A stretch of DNA of 64,000 nucleotides, taken from the NCBI GenBank assembly GCA_963817895.1, contig CAWFQB010000003.1:192001-256000 (forward strand), in the 5' to 3' direction. Shown in pieces: positions 19,761 to 29,735 of this stretch (within the stretch, counting starts at the first letter, position 1; every line of letters begins with the position of its first letter). The stretch comes from an uncultured Chthonomonadaceae bacterium (lineage in GTDB: Bacteria > Armatimonadota > Chthonomonadetes > Chthonomonadales > Chthonomonadaceae). The notes beneath the pieces were generated by a model. The model saw nothing but the letters and a program-made list of their open reading frames with translations, searched no databases and was not told the DNA's origin. The position numbers and the translations under genes were made by a program.

Positions 19761-20172
19761 CTACTCTACGCGGTAAGTAAGGCCACCGTCTGTAAGGAAC
19801 TGACAAACTTTGCGGATGATTTCTTGTTTCTGTGCCTGGCTGATTGTTTGATTATCATAACCCAAGTTGCTACCCTGATTTCTCAATCTCGAAGGTTTGG
19901 CGCAAAATGCCACTTTCAGAACGCTGCTATCTCAAAAACGGTTTAAGGTAGCAACTTGGGTTATCATACGGCGGCTGCCAATGCTCAATGATGCTGGCAT
20001 AGAAGACCACATTGGGTTGCCCACTTTGCAGTTCCACCTGCACAAACAAAACGTGATCTCCTTCTCGATACTCATAGCTATCACGACCATTGCGGCCAAT
20101 AGACGAATTAGCATCCAGGCGGGTAAAAGTTTGTGTGTCAAACCAGTTCTTCAGTCTATTGAAAAGTGACAT
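19761..20172 (-). pseudogene. Imm74-like immunity protein gene interrupted by a MITE
   Basis: Removing the MITE and one target copy gives a 100-aa ORF ending VVFYASIIEHWQPPYDNQTISQAQKQEIIRKVCQFLTDGGLTYRVE; family call from motif recall. Confidence 0.75.
19860..19961. mobile_element. 102-bp MITE with IS982-like ends
   Basis: Perfect 15-bp TIR ACCCAAGTTGCTACC; 7-bp direct repeat TATCATA at 19853-19859 and 19962-19968. Confidence 0.9.
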
Positions 20173-20359
20173 GGTGTTGTGAACTCGTATTTAATAAACA
20201 TCCATTGCTCCACAGCATTCTTTCATTTATTTCACCCCGTAGCTTTCCAGCAAGCGTTGAGCGCCTGAACCAAATAGCCTTTCATCAAGCTGAGTTCCTT
20301 CCATGAGGGTTCGGAATTGCTGAACCATTCCTTATTTCTCCCATTGTAAGTATATACTT

Positions 20360-20578
20360 TCAGAGTTCTAAACTCGTGTTGTTTTGAAAAAAGCCGGAGA
20401 AGTTTGTTGTGCCGGTAAAATCCCCGGTGTACTTCCTGGCAATGCGCCAATACAAATCGGGCTGTTGGGCCAAGCAAGCGCGAAATGAGCCAATGCAGAG
20501 CGCAATCAGGCAGCAGAGGAACACAGCAAGTCGGCGCAAGCGGTGGCTAGTAAATGGAGAAACAAGGCAGGTCAACAT
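20360..20578 (-). pseudogene. Truncated N-terminus of a secreted protein
   Basis: RLRRLAVFLCCLIALCIGSFRACLA-QQPD signal peptide, then early stop. Confidence 0.45.
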
Positions 20579-20870
20579 GGGAACGGTTCTTCTGAAACAG
20601 CAATACCAAAAGCAAGTGAAAAACACAGGTAGGCAATCGTGCCGGACTGAAAGCAGCCATTGGGATAAGCAACAGGACAACAAAACGAAAACAACAGTAT
20701 CTACAAAGCGCTACGCGCGGCTATCTGATTCAGGAAAAACAAATCGAACGAGAAAACAAACGTTGAAAGGGGAACGTTCATCAGGCAGAAGCCGCCTGAT
20801 AAGTGACAGTCAAGCGGCATTGCGCTGCTATTTACAACAGCGTTTCAAATATTTAGCAACTTTACAATAA

Positions 20871-20972
20871 GCGCCTATCCCAACAGGCGATTGCATCTGC
20901 GTCCGAAGGACGCCTGACCGCAGGCCACTCAGACGGGTACGTTCTTTGTACCCGGCCTGTTGGGATAGGCTC
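20871..20972. mobile_element. 102-bp MITE with IS5-family-like ends
   Basis: TIR G(C/A)GCCTATCCCAACAGGC 17/18; TAA on both sides (20868-20870, 20973-20975); two internal hairpins. Confidence 0.85.
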
Positions 20973-20993
20973 TAAGGTTGTGGTTTGTTCCGC

Positions 20994-22082
20994 TTAATTG
21001 CTGGAAGAGGGGGTGACAGGTTGAGAACGCCGCTCTTTTTTCAGGCGGCGGGTGACGCACAGGCCACCTACGGTCATGCAGGCCAGTGTTAGCAGTGTGC
21101 CGGTTTCCGGAACGACAGCGATACGGGAGAACACATCTACGCGATTGTTAAGGGTATCCGCCACGTAGATGTTGCCTAGGGCGTCAACCGTAACGCCTTC
21201 CGCCTGACCGATTTGCCCGGCTCCCATGCCTTTGGTGCCGAACTGGTCCTGGTACTGGCCGACGCTGTTGAATCGAGCGACGAAGTCATTGCTATGATCC
21301 GTTACAAAAATATTGCCGTTCGCGTCAATGGCAATGTCGTGTGGCTGAAAAAGTCGATTAGATCCGACCGGGGCGCTGAACGTCCGGACAAAACCGCCCG
21401 AACTGTCGAATTCCTCGACGCGGTTGTTGAAGGAATCAACAACGAAAATGTTGTTGTTGCGGTCAATGGCAACCCCATACGGAACGTTCAACTCACCATT
21501 ACCGGTTCCTGGAGATCCAATCGGGGCTACCTGCGTAAACGTGTTGCCCGACACTGTAAACTTGCGAACGCTGTCGAATCCGAAGGCAGCTTCCGAGACA
21601 TAAACGCTGCCGCTGCTATCGAACGCCACACCAACAGGCAATTGTAAAGGGTTGTCGTCGGTTCTGCCGAACTCCGTCTGAAAGACGCCGCTATTGCTGA
21701 ACTTTTCCACACGGCCAAAGTCACTGTTGGAGTCGGACACAAAAATGTTATTGCCGCTGTCTATGGCAAGGCCCAGAGAGTTGGTAAACTGTCCGTCCCC
21801 CGTTCCAGAGGAGCCAAACTGGTTCAGATAGCTGACCCCAAGCGCCGTAAATTCCTGAACGCGGTGATTGCCGTTATCCAGTACAAAAACATTGCCGTTC
21901 GAATCAATTTTGATGTCTGAGGGATTCGTGAATTGCCCGTTTCCCGATCCCGACGAGCCGAAAGAGCGGAGGAACGTATACTGCGCGCGGGCGGGCAGGG
22001 AAGCAGCGCACGAAAGTCCCAACGCGGCGAACGTTGTCAGCAGCAGAAAAGGCGCCTTACGGACACGAGCGACGATGTTCAA
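20994..22082 (-). CDS. NHL-repeat beta-propeller protein with PEP-CTERM-like sorting signal
   Basis: Signal peptide; about 6 NHL repeats (FGSSGSGNGQFTNPSDIKIDSNGNVFVLD); VPETGT-TM-RRLKKERR. Confidence 0.92.
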   Translation of the reverse strand: MNIVARVRKAPFLLLTTFAALGLSCAASLPARAQYTFLRSFGSSGSGNGQFTNPSDIKIDSNGNVFVLDNGNHRVQEFTALGVSYLNQFGSSGTGDGQFTNSLGLAIDSGNNIFVSDSNSDFGRVEKFSNSGVFQTEFGRTDDNPLQLPVGVAFDSSGSVYVSEAAFGFDSVRKFTVSGNTFTQVAPIGSPGTGNGELNVPYGVAIDRNNNIFVVDSFNNRVEEFDSSGGFVRTFSAPVGSNRLFQPHDIAIDANGNIFVTDHSNDFVARFNSVGQYQDQFGTKGMGAGQIGQAEGVTVDALGNIYVADTLNNRVDVFSRIAVVPETGTLLTLACMTVGGLCVTRRLKKERRSQPVTPSSSN

Positions 22083-22183
22083 AATGGTTTCCTTGATATT
22101 CGAGTCGTTTGCAGTCTGACAGCGCCGAAGAGCAAACAACACAGGCCGGCGAGAAGCGCGCAAACCCCGCGCCCTACTCTATC

Positions 22184-22213
22184 AGTATAGCATAACCCAT
22201 GCGGCGGCTTCAA
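22184..22213 (-). promoter_or_regulatory. Sigma70-type promoter for the PEP-CTERM gene
   Basis: Minus strand TTGAAG-18 bp-TATACT with extended TG. Confidence 0.5.
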
Positions 22214-22382
22214 CGCGCAATCAAGTATAAACGTAAAATATTTTCATGAAAATGAGATTTTAAGTCGTCCCGCGTGTCAAATCCGATTGTGATGCAAGTC
22301 CCCGCAGGGATTCTCTATGCCAAACGGGGAATAAAAACAGGTATTTTGTCATAAATAAGTTGTGTAGGCAGGGGAATACCTG

Positions 22383-22391
22383 TGGTATAAT
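22383..22391 (+). promoter_or_regulatory. Extended -10 promoter upstream of wzc
   Basis: TGGTATAAT about 85 bp before ATG 22477. Confidence 0.55.
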
Positions 22392-22476
22392 CGAATTGAT
22401 TAGACCCTGCCATGCCGGACAGCGTCATGATCTTCTCTCTGCCTTTCCCTGCCTGCTATCGCCAGAAATCGTAATT

Positions 22477-24726
22477 ATGCAAGAAGAAAGCGCCAAAACA
22501 TCCGATATTTCTCTCCGCGAGTACCTCGACCTCCTACAGCGCCGCAAAGGAATTCTGATTCAAACGTTTGTCTCGGTGTTCGTTGTCGGCATTGTCATTA
22601 CCTTTATGACCAAGCCGATGTATCGCACCAACGCGCGCGTCCTGGTCGAAGGCAAATCCTACTACGTGCAGCAGTTTGACCCCTCCAACCCGATGGGCAA
22701 TCTGTTCAGCGCGGACGCCGGACATGAGGTAGACACGCAACTGGAAGTGATTCAGGGCGATAAAGTGGTTTCCGACACTTACAAAGCGGCCGACATTCCT
22801 GTTGGAACGGTAAAGCTGATGGCAAAGCAGTCCGGCACTACCGATGTCATTGATGTTATGACCGAATCACGTTCGCCCCTTTACGCGCAAAAGTTCGCCA
22901 ATGAACTGCCGAAAGTGTATCTCAAGTACGTTACAGGCAATCGCCGCGAGGAGATTTCCAAAGCGCTGAAATTCGCGCAGGGTCGGCTGGCTTCCGAAAA
23001 CCTCGCGCTGCAAACGGCGGAAAACGGATTACAGCATTTTCGCGAACATTCCCATGTATCCGAGGTGAATACGGAGCGCGAGGCGCGCATCAAGACCAAG
23101 GTGACCGCGGAAGACGAAATGCAGAAGTCCTCCGCGCAGATTGCCGCTTTGCAGGCGCGACTGGGGCTGCTGAAAAAGGCCGACGTTGCGATGCCGCGCT
23201 ACCTGGAAACCTCCGCGTCGGCAACCAACGCGCAGATTGACGCGCTGAAAGAGCAGATAGCCACGCTGGAAACACAACGGCAGGGATTGTTAGTTGGGTT
23301 CAAGCCGGCCAAGCTGGAAATACAAACCCTGGACGCGCAGCTCGCCCATTTGCGAGAACGACTGGCGGCTGCGCCGGATATGAAAACCACAACGCAGCGC
23401 GTTGCCAACCCGGCTATTGCCCTCAACGCGGAAAAGATAGCCTCCACGCAGTCCGAACTGGATGAAACGCAGGCGCATCTGGCAAATGTGCGGAAGTACG
23501 CCAATCTGGATGCCAGCGGGCTGGACAAATACGGCGCGCTGGAGCGCCAGCAGGGGCGGATGCAGCACGAAATCGAGCGTCATCAGGTTGCTGTCAACAC
23601 CCTTACAAAAAGTGTGGACGACCTGAGCCTGCGGCAGACCGCTACGCATGATCCCGTTTTACTGATTTCCCCGGCAGCGCTCGGCGCACAGGTCGCGCCC
23701 AAACCGATGAACAATTTGTTGGCCGCGACGCTGATTGGCCTGACCCTCGGCCTGTGCTTTGCCCTGCTGCAGGAGTTTCTGGATGACCGCATCAATACGC
23801 CCGAAGAGGCCAAGCGTATTTTTGGGGCGTCCGCGCTGGGCTACATTCCTCTGGTGGAGGATGCGGATGCGCGCCTGCTGGGCAGATCGCGCAATGGCAA
23901 TCTGCTGGAAACGTATCGCGTTCTGCGCTCCAATGTGATGTTTTCCGCCGTGGACGCGCCCATACGCTCCATTATGATTACCAGCACGGTTCCGGGCGAA
24001 GGCAAGTCCATGACGGCCTACAACCTGGCGGTTGCCATGGCTCTGGATGGGCGGCGCGTGATTCTGGTGGACGCCGACCTCCGGCGTCCGACCGCGCACA
24101 AACTTGTCGGGCTGGAGCGGCGTCCCGGCCTGACCAATGTGCTGGTGGGCGAACTGGCGCTGGATGAGGCTCTGCAGGAGGGCGGCGTACGCAACCTGCG
24201 CGTCCTGACCGCCGGCCCGTTGCCTCCCAATCCCGCCGAAATTTTAAACTCGCAGGCCATGCGGCAGGTTCATGCTACCCTGCGCGAACGCGCCGACGTG
24301 GTGATCTACGATACGCCGCCCTGCCTCGCGACGGCAGATGCGCAGGTGGTTTCGGCGGATGTGGATGGCGTTCTGTACGTGGCGCAGTTCGGGGAAACCA
24401 AAAAATCGGCTATGCGTCGCTCTGCGGAGCTTCTCAGTCAGGCTCATGCCCGGATTCTAGGCGTGGTGTTCAACAAGATCGACATCAGCGGCAGGCGCGA
24501 CGACTACTACTATGGCTACTATCGCTACTACAACTACTATCAGCAGGAGGGCGAAAGCGAGGAAACAGGCCGGCGGCGGCTTTCCACGTCCGAGTTCGAT
24601 CTGATGCAGGAGCGCCAGGCATCGCTTGGGGATTCAGAGCATGACGGGGAAGAGAATGGTTCCGCAGTCGCCATGCTCCGCAATGATCCGTTGCCCGCAA
24701 CGCCCAACCGGGAGGAAAACGAATGA
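22477..24726 (+). CDS. wzc: Polysaccharide co-polymerase / tyrosine autokinase
   Basis: Two TMs around a coiled coil; STVPGEGKS, VILVDADLRRP, DTPP; Tyr cluster YYYGYYRYYNYY. Confidence 0.95.
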   Translation: MQEESAKTSDISLREYLDLLQRRKGILIQTFVSVFVVGIVITFMTKPMYRTNARVLVEGKSYYVQQFDPSNPMGNLFSADAGHEVDTQLEVIQGDKVVSDTYKAADIPVGTVKLMAKQSGTTDVIDVMTESRSPLYAQKFANELPKVYLKYVTGNRREEISKALKFAQGRLASENLALQTAENGLQHFREHSHVSEVNTEREARIKTKVTAEDEMQKSSAQIAALQARLGLLKKADVAMPRYLETSASATNAQIDALKEQIATLETQRQGLLVGFKPAKLEIQTLDAQLAHLRERLAAAPDMKTTTQRVANPAIALNAEKIASTQSELDETQAHLANVRKYANLDASGLDKYGALERQQGRMQHEIERHQVAVNTLTKSVDDLSLRQTATHDPVLLISPAALGAQVAPKPMNNLLAATLIGLTLGLCFALLQEFLDDRINTPEEAKRIFGASALGYIPLVEDADARLLGRSRNGNLLETYRVLRSNVMFSAVDAPIRSIMITSTVPGEGKSMTAYNLAVAMALDGRRVILVDADLRRPTAHKLVGLERRPGLTNVLVGELALDEALQEGGVRNLRVLTAGPLPPNPAEILNSQAMRQVHATLRERADVVIYDTPPCLATADAQVVSADVDGVLYVAQFGETKKSAMRRSAELLSQAHARILGVVFNKIDISGRRDDYYYGYYRYYNYYQQEGESEETGRRRLSTSEFDLMQERQASLGDSEHDGEENGSAVAMLRNDPLPATPNREENE

Positions 24727-25925
24727 CATCCTTTCTCCGATTTGCCGCTTTGAGCGGCGCGCTTCTGCTGATACCCTGCGCAGGGGTTCTCAAGGCGCGG
24801 GCGCAGGCTCCGATCCCTCCCGTTGTTGCCGAAGCGGCTGCCGATGTGTTCACAATCGGCGCGGACGATGTGATTGAAGTGACGGTTCGCGACCATTCTG
24901 AACTGGATCATGTTCTGACTGTCCTGCCGGATGGCAAAATCGCGTACCCGACTATCGGCGAATTGCAGGCGGGCGGTAAAACGCCACGCGCCCTTGCCGC
25001 CGAGATACAGAGGGAACTGGAGACTACGCTCAACAATATTCGCGTGACCGTGACGATGAAAGAGGTTCATTCCCGGCGGGCGCGCGTTGTGGGCGCGGTT
25101 CGGCTGCCGGGGGGGTTCGACTTGAAACGCGATTGGCATGTGTTTGATCTGGTTACGGCAGCCGGTGGCCTGAGCGTGAAGCCGGAACAGGTCACGGCCC
25201 GCATCATTCGCAAGGGAGCGCTCCTGCCCATCAACGTCAATCTGGCCGAAGCCCTGCGCGCGCCGCAGGGGAGCGCCAACATCGCCCTCGAACGCGATGA
25301 TCTGTTGCTTCTGGATGAGCAAACCTCCGCGCGTCGGCAGGTGCAGGTGTACGGGCAGGTTGGCAAACCCGGCGTATATGATATCGAACCAGATTCCACG
25401 CTGATGCAGGCGCTTGCCCAGGCGGGCAACGCGACGGAAAAAGCGGCGTTGACGCGCGTTAATGTGCTGCGCGATGGCGCGCAAATTCCCATCAACCTGT
25501 ATCCGTTCCTCATCGAAGGCAAAGCGGACGACAGTGTGGCAAAGTTTCGTATGCAGGCTGGCGACGTAGTGTATGTTCCCCTCCAGGAGGCGCGGTTCAG
25601 CGTTCAGGGGCAGGTTGGCAAGCCCGCCTTTTACACATATCCGGAAAAAGGCAAAATCACGGTTCTGGACGCGCTCAACGAGGCTGGCGGCGCAACCGGG
25701 GGTGATCTGAGTAAAGCAAGTATCATACGCCAGGCGGACGGCAAGTATATGATGATTCCCATCAATGTGGACCAGATGCTCAAAAAGGGAGATTTAGCCA
25801 AAAACGTGACGCTTCAGCCGGGCGATATGCTGTATGTGCCGGCAAAAACGTCCCGGCATGGGGTTGGAATTCAGGATGTGCTGACCCCATTGTCCCTGTT
25901 AGGAATATTGGGCATCCACTTTTAA
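24723..25925 (+). CDS. wza: Polysaccharide export protein with SLBB repeats
   Basis: IGADDVIEVTV..VLPDGKIAYPTIGELQAGGKT; three SLBB repeats. Confidence 0.9.
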   Translation: MTSFLRFAALSGALLLIPCAGVLKARAQAPIPPVVAEAAADVFTIGADDVIEVTVRDHSELDHVLTVLPDGKIAYPTIGELQAGGKTPRALAAEIQRELETTLNNIRVTVTMKEVHSRRARVVGAVRLPGGFDLKRDWHVFDLVTAAGGLSVKPEQVTARIIRKGALLPINVNLAEALRAPQGSANIALERDDLLLLDEQTSARRQVQVYGQVGKPGVYDIEPDSTLMQALAQAGNATEKAALTRVNVLRDGAQIPINLYPFLIEGKADDSVAKFRMQAGDVVYVPLQEARFSVQGQVGKPAFYTYPEKGKITVLDALNEAGGATGGDLSKASIIRQADGKYMMIPINVDQMLKKGDLAKNVTLQPGDMLYVPAKTSRHGVGIQDVLTPLSLLGILGIHF

Positions 25926-26306
25926 CGTGAATTCGCAAATCGCAGGAATGGCCTGCGCGGCGGTTTACACCCTGAATATGTTAAATATTTCAAAATTATG
26001 CAAGAAATGCGCGGTTTGGCATGAATCTTGCAATATGTAATATGTGCCGGTCATTCAGACGAATTCTATAAATTCGATTGTGGCCTTCTGACTCGTGTGA
26101 TATTTCTCCGACAGACAGGATTGGCGCCTCCTGCCGGGGTATCTAAAGCGTCTTCGGAGCCGACTGAGGACGCGCATTGTCCGAATTCGGCAACTTTCAT
26201 TTTGTCGGCAGATGTGTCAGGCACTGTCGGCGCGTTTCTTCTGCAAGGGTTTGGCCGGATGTGTCAGGCACCGACTCAACCAGGCAGGAAACAGAAAGGC
26301 TTTAAC

Positions 26307-28050
26307 ATGCCAAAATCAAACTCATGGTGGGAGCAGGCGGTACAAAACCGACTTGTAGCCGCAGTGCTGGCTATGGTCGCGCTTATGCCCCTGGTAGCCC
26401 TTCCGGCCGAAATGCGGCGTCCGGGCGCGGCGGCGCTGGTTTTCGAGACGTTCGCCATTCTGCTGATGGCGACGTTGCTATGGCGCTCCCAGTGGAATCT
26501 GCAAAAAGACCGCGTGATCGCGTTCCTGAAAACCGGCGTGAACCTGCCCGTCCTGCTGCTGTTGGGACTGGCGGTTGTCTCTTGCGCCGTTTCACCGCAG
26601 AAAGCCTACAGCGCGCAGGAGACACTGCGCCTGGGCGCGGGCGTACTGCTGTATTTCGTGGTTACTTATCAGTTTCGGCGTTCCGAGTACCTTGCCAAAC
26701 TGGTGGATGTGCTGGTGTTTCTCGCCCTTGTCACTTCGCTGTTGGGTTTCGCGCAATTCGCAAGCAGTTCCACCAAATATGCGACGGGCATGTTTGGCGA
26801 CCATCAGCTTTTTGGCTCGTTTTTGATGCTGCTGCTGCCCATCGTGGGTATTACGGCTATTACGGAAACAAAGACAAACCGGCAGCTTACCGCACAGGTG
26901 GCGACGATTATGACGGCGGCCTGTCTGCTGTTGACTCACACGCGCAGCGCGTGGATCGGCGGCGCGGCGGGCCTGTTGGCGTTGGGCCTGCTGACCACTT
27001 ACGCGCTGTCTCGACATTCGCGCATTGGCGCGCGCAAGCATGAGTGGGCGATACCGGTTATGTTGCTGTTTGTGGGGGCGGGCTTTTTTCTGACCGTTTC
27101 GCCGGATACCGGCTCGATTCTTGAGCGCGCAGACACGCTGACGCAGGCGGGGAAAGAGACCGGCTGGCAGTACCGCGCAGACAAGGCGCGCGGGTCGCTC
27201 GCAATGATTCGAGAGCGTCCACTGACGGGCTGGGGAATTGGATTATACCCCTACTACCAACGCCAATTCACGGGTTCGGGCGCGGCGCTGGCGGGCGGCT
27301 ATGTCAAACCCTTCCTCAATGAGGAGGCGCACAACCTGTATCTGCAAACTGCGGCAGAACTGGGAATACCCGGCCTGGTGTTGCTGTGCGGCATTGTAGT
27401 CATGTTTCTGGGCATGGGACTGGCGCGACTGCGCGGGATGGAAGCGGGGTTGCGCCGCAATCTGCTGCTGGGTTCCATGGCTTCGATGGTTGCCTTTGCC
27501 ATAGACGCTGCCGGCAGTCCTGCCTGGCAGTTGGGACAGAACTCGATGTTTCTGTGGCTGATTTTAGGCATCGGCGTGTCGTGCCTGCGTCCCAAGCCCA
27601 AAACAAGCGAGGAAACAACCCATGCGCCCGTACCACAAATGGTTTCGCGTCCTGTGATTGTCTTTGCCTCCCTGGGGTTGCTGGCGGTTCTGGTTCCCAC
27701 CATTGCAGTCGCAAGCGTGGGCAACTATACTCAGCTGGAACAACTGATACTCAGCCCGAAACAGGCAAACCTGCGCGGCGGTTATCAGAACCAGACGTTC
27801 AAGGCGACGGCGCTGTTTCTAAATCCTAATACGGGCGATCGAGACGACGCAGGACGTGACGACGCAGTGTACTTATACGCAAACGGGTGGGGCGGGTAAG
27901 ATGGTCAAGCCGAACGGTCAGCCAGGTGTCGTCGGAGCCAACACCTATAAAACCGTTTCCCGCGAACGCGACCTGTTGACCGTAACAGCTACCTACACGG
28001 AAAACGGCGACTCTCAATTCGATCAGGCGCAATTGCGAGTATCGCCTTAA
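26307..28050 (+). CDS. O-antigen ligase family membrane protein with beta-rich C-terminal extension (frameshift near 27840)
   Basis: LLLTHTRSAWIG, RPLTGWGIG, AHNLYLQTAAELGIPGL; ORF 27856-28050 continues the tail. Confidence 0.85.
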
Positions 28051-28165
28051 TCTTGAAGCGAGGGCGGAAGGCCGACGAAATGACGGCAGAGCCTTGCCGA
28101 CGGGCAATCGGCGCCAAATTGGCGAGGCTGCTTGAATTCTCCGCCCTGAGGTTATTCGACAAATG

Positions 28166-28247
28166 TAATCGCAAAAAATATTGAGATGTTTTTGCGATTA
28201 AGATTAGAAAAAAATGTTTGACAGCAACGCATTACATTCGGTATACT
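28166..28247 (+). promoter_or_regulatory. Palindrome plus sigma70 promoter for the glycosyltransferase operon
   Basis: TAATCGCAAAAA-N11-TTTTTGCGATTA (28166-28200); TTGACA(28218)-18 bp-TATACT(28242). Confidence 0.7.
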
Positions 28248-28546
28248 GACAGTAATAGTTTTCCTCGCATGAAATATTTGCCTTCGACTGCCAAGCATCG
28301 AATGCCACAGGGTTTATGGTAATGTAGGGTAAACTACTTTTCAGTTGTTCCGGCATACCTCATAATAGTTTGATTCGCAATAGCTTCGCGAAATTCATAA
28401 GACTTTCCAGCATTGCAATGCTGTTTTCGCGTTCACTCATGTCCGCGGCACATTTTCGCGAACATAAAAAACATTCAGGCCATGTTTCGCTTTCTCAGAA
28501 TTTCTCCTCACAGTTCATTTTCACAGCAGGTAATCGGATAGCGATA

Positions 28547-29705
28547 ATGAAAATTGCCATTGTACACGACTTTTTGATGCAGATGGGCGGCGCGGAAAAG
28601 GTCGTCGAGGTTCTGCATGATATGTATCCGGATGCGCCTGTGTATACGTCGGCGTATGACGCGGAAGCGATGCCTGCCGCGTATCGGAGTTGGGACATTC
28701 GCACCAGTTTTCTGCAAAACCTGCTGATGAAGCGGCATACCCATCGCATGGCGCTGCTGCTGTATCCCATCGCCTTTGAAGGCTTTGATTTATCGATTAT
28801 GATGTGGTGCTCAGCTCCTCGTCTCGGCGTTTGCCAAGGGCGTGATCACGCAGCCGCACACGCAGCATATCTGCTACACGCATACGCCCATGCGCTATGC
28901 CTGGACGACGCGCTCCTATATGCAAGAACGAGCGGATGTCTCGAACCCTGCGCGGCCTGCTACAGCCGGGAACGCACTATCTGCGCATGTGGGACTCGCT
29001 GGCGACGCAGCCGCGTGGATCAACTGGTCGCCAATTCCAGCGCGGTGGCGAAGCGCATCCGCAAGTTTTATCGCCGGGACAGCGTGACCATTCATCCGCC
29101 TGTAAACACGCAACGTTTTCAGTTGTCGGAAGACCGTGGAGACTACTATATTATCGTGTCGCGCTTCGTGCCCTACAAGCGCCTGGATCTGGCCGTAGAA
29201 GCGTTTACGCGCATGAACCGGCCTTTGAAGGTGGTGGGTACGGGGCGGCAGATGCAGCTCCTTGCAGCAGCAGTCGGGCAGTAGTGTGGAGTTTATGGGG
29301 CATGTGGGCGATCAGGAGTTGCCGACGCTGGTGGCGCAGGCGCGGGGCTTCCTCATGCCGGGTGAGGAAGACTTCGGGATCGCGCCTGTCGAGGCCAATG
29401 CCTGCGGCGTCCCCGTCATCGCGTATGCGGCGGGCGGCGCGCTGGACACGCAGCGCAACGGCGAAACGGGCGTACTGTTTGCGGAGCAGAGCGTCGAGTC
29501 GCTGTGCAACGCGGTCGAGACTGCCGAGCGGACACACTTCGATCCGCTTGCCATTCGCAACCATGCGCGGCGTTTCGATACAAGCGTGTTCCGCCGTGAA
29601 ATTTCGCGCCTGGTCAACGCCTCGGTGGGTAAAACCGAATCCGATATTGATATGGAAAAAGCGGTGGCTTTCGTTGGCGGCGAGTCTATTAAGCGCGGCG
29701 TGTAG
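28547..29705 (+). CDS. GT4 glycosyltransferase (WbaZ-like), several frameshifts
   Basis: MKIAIVHDFLMQMGGAEKV; YTHTPMRYAW; SRFVPYKRLDL; EEDFGIAPVEANACG. Confidence 0.9.
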
Positions 29706-29735
29706 GCTGTTACAGGAAGATGTGGGCAAGGCGTT

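Noticed and set aside
26211..26271. ANTAR dual-hairpin target
   Set aside because: Loops are 5 nt rather than 6 and the linker (about 36 nt) is long; kept only as a direct repeat.
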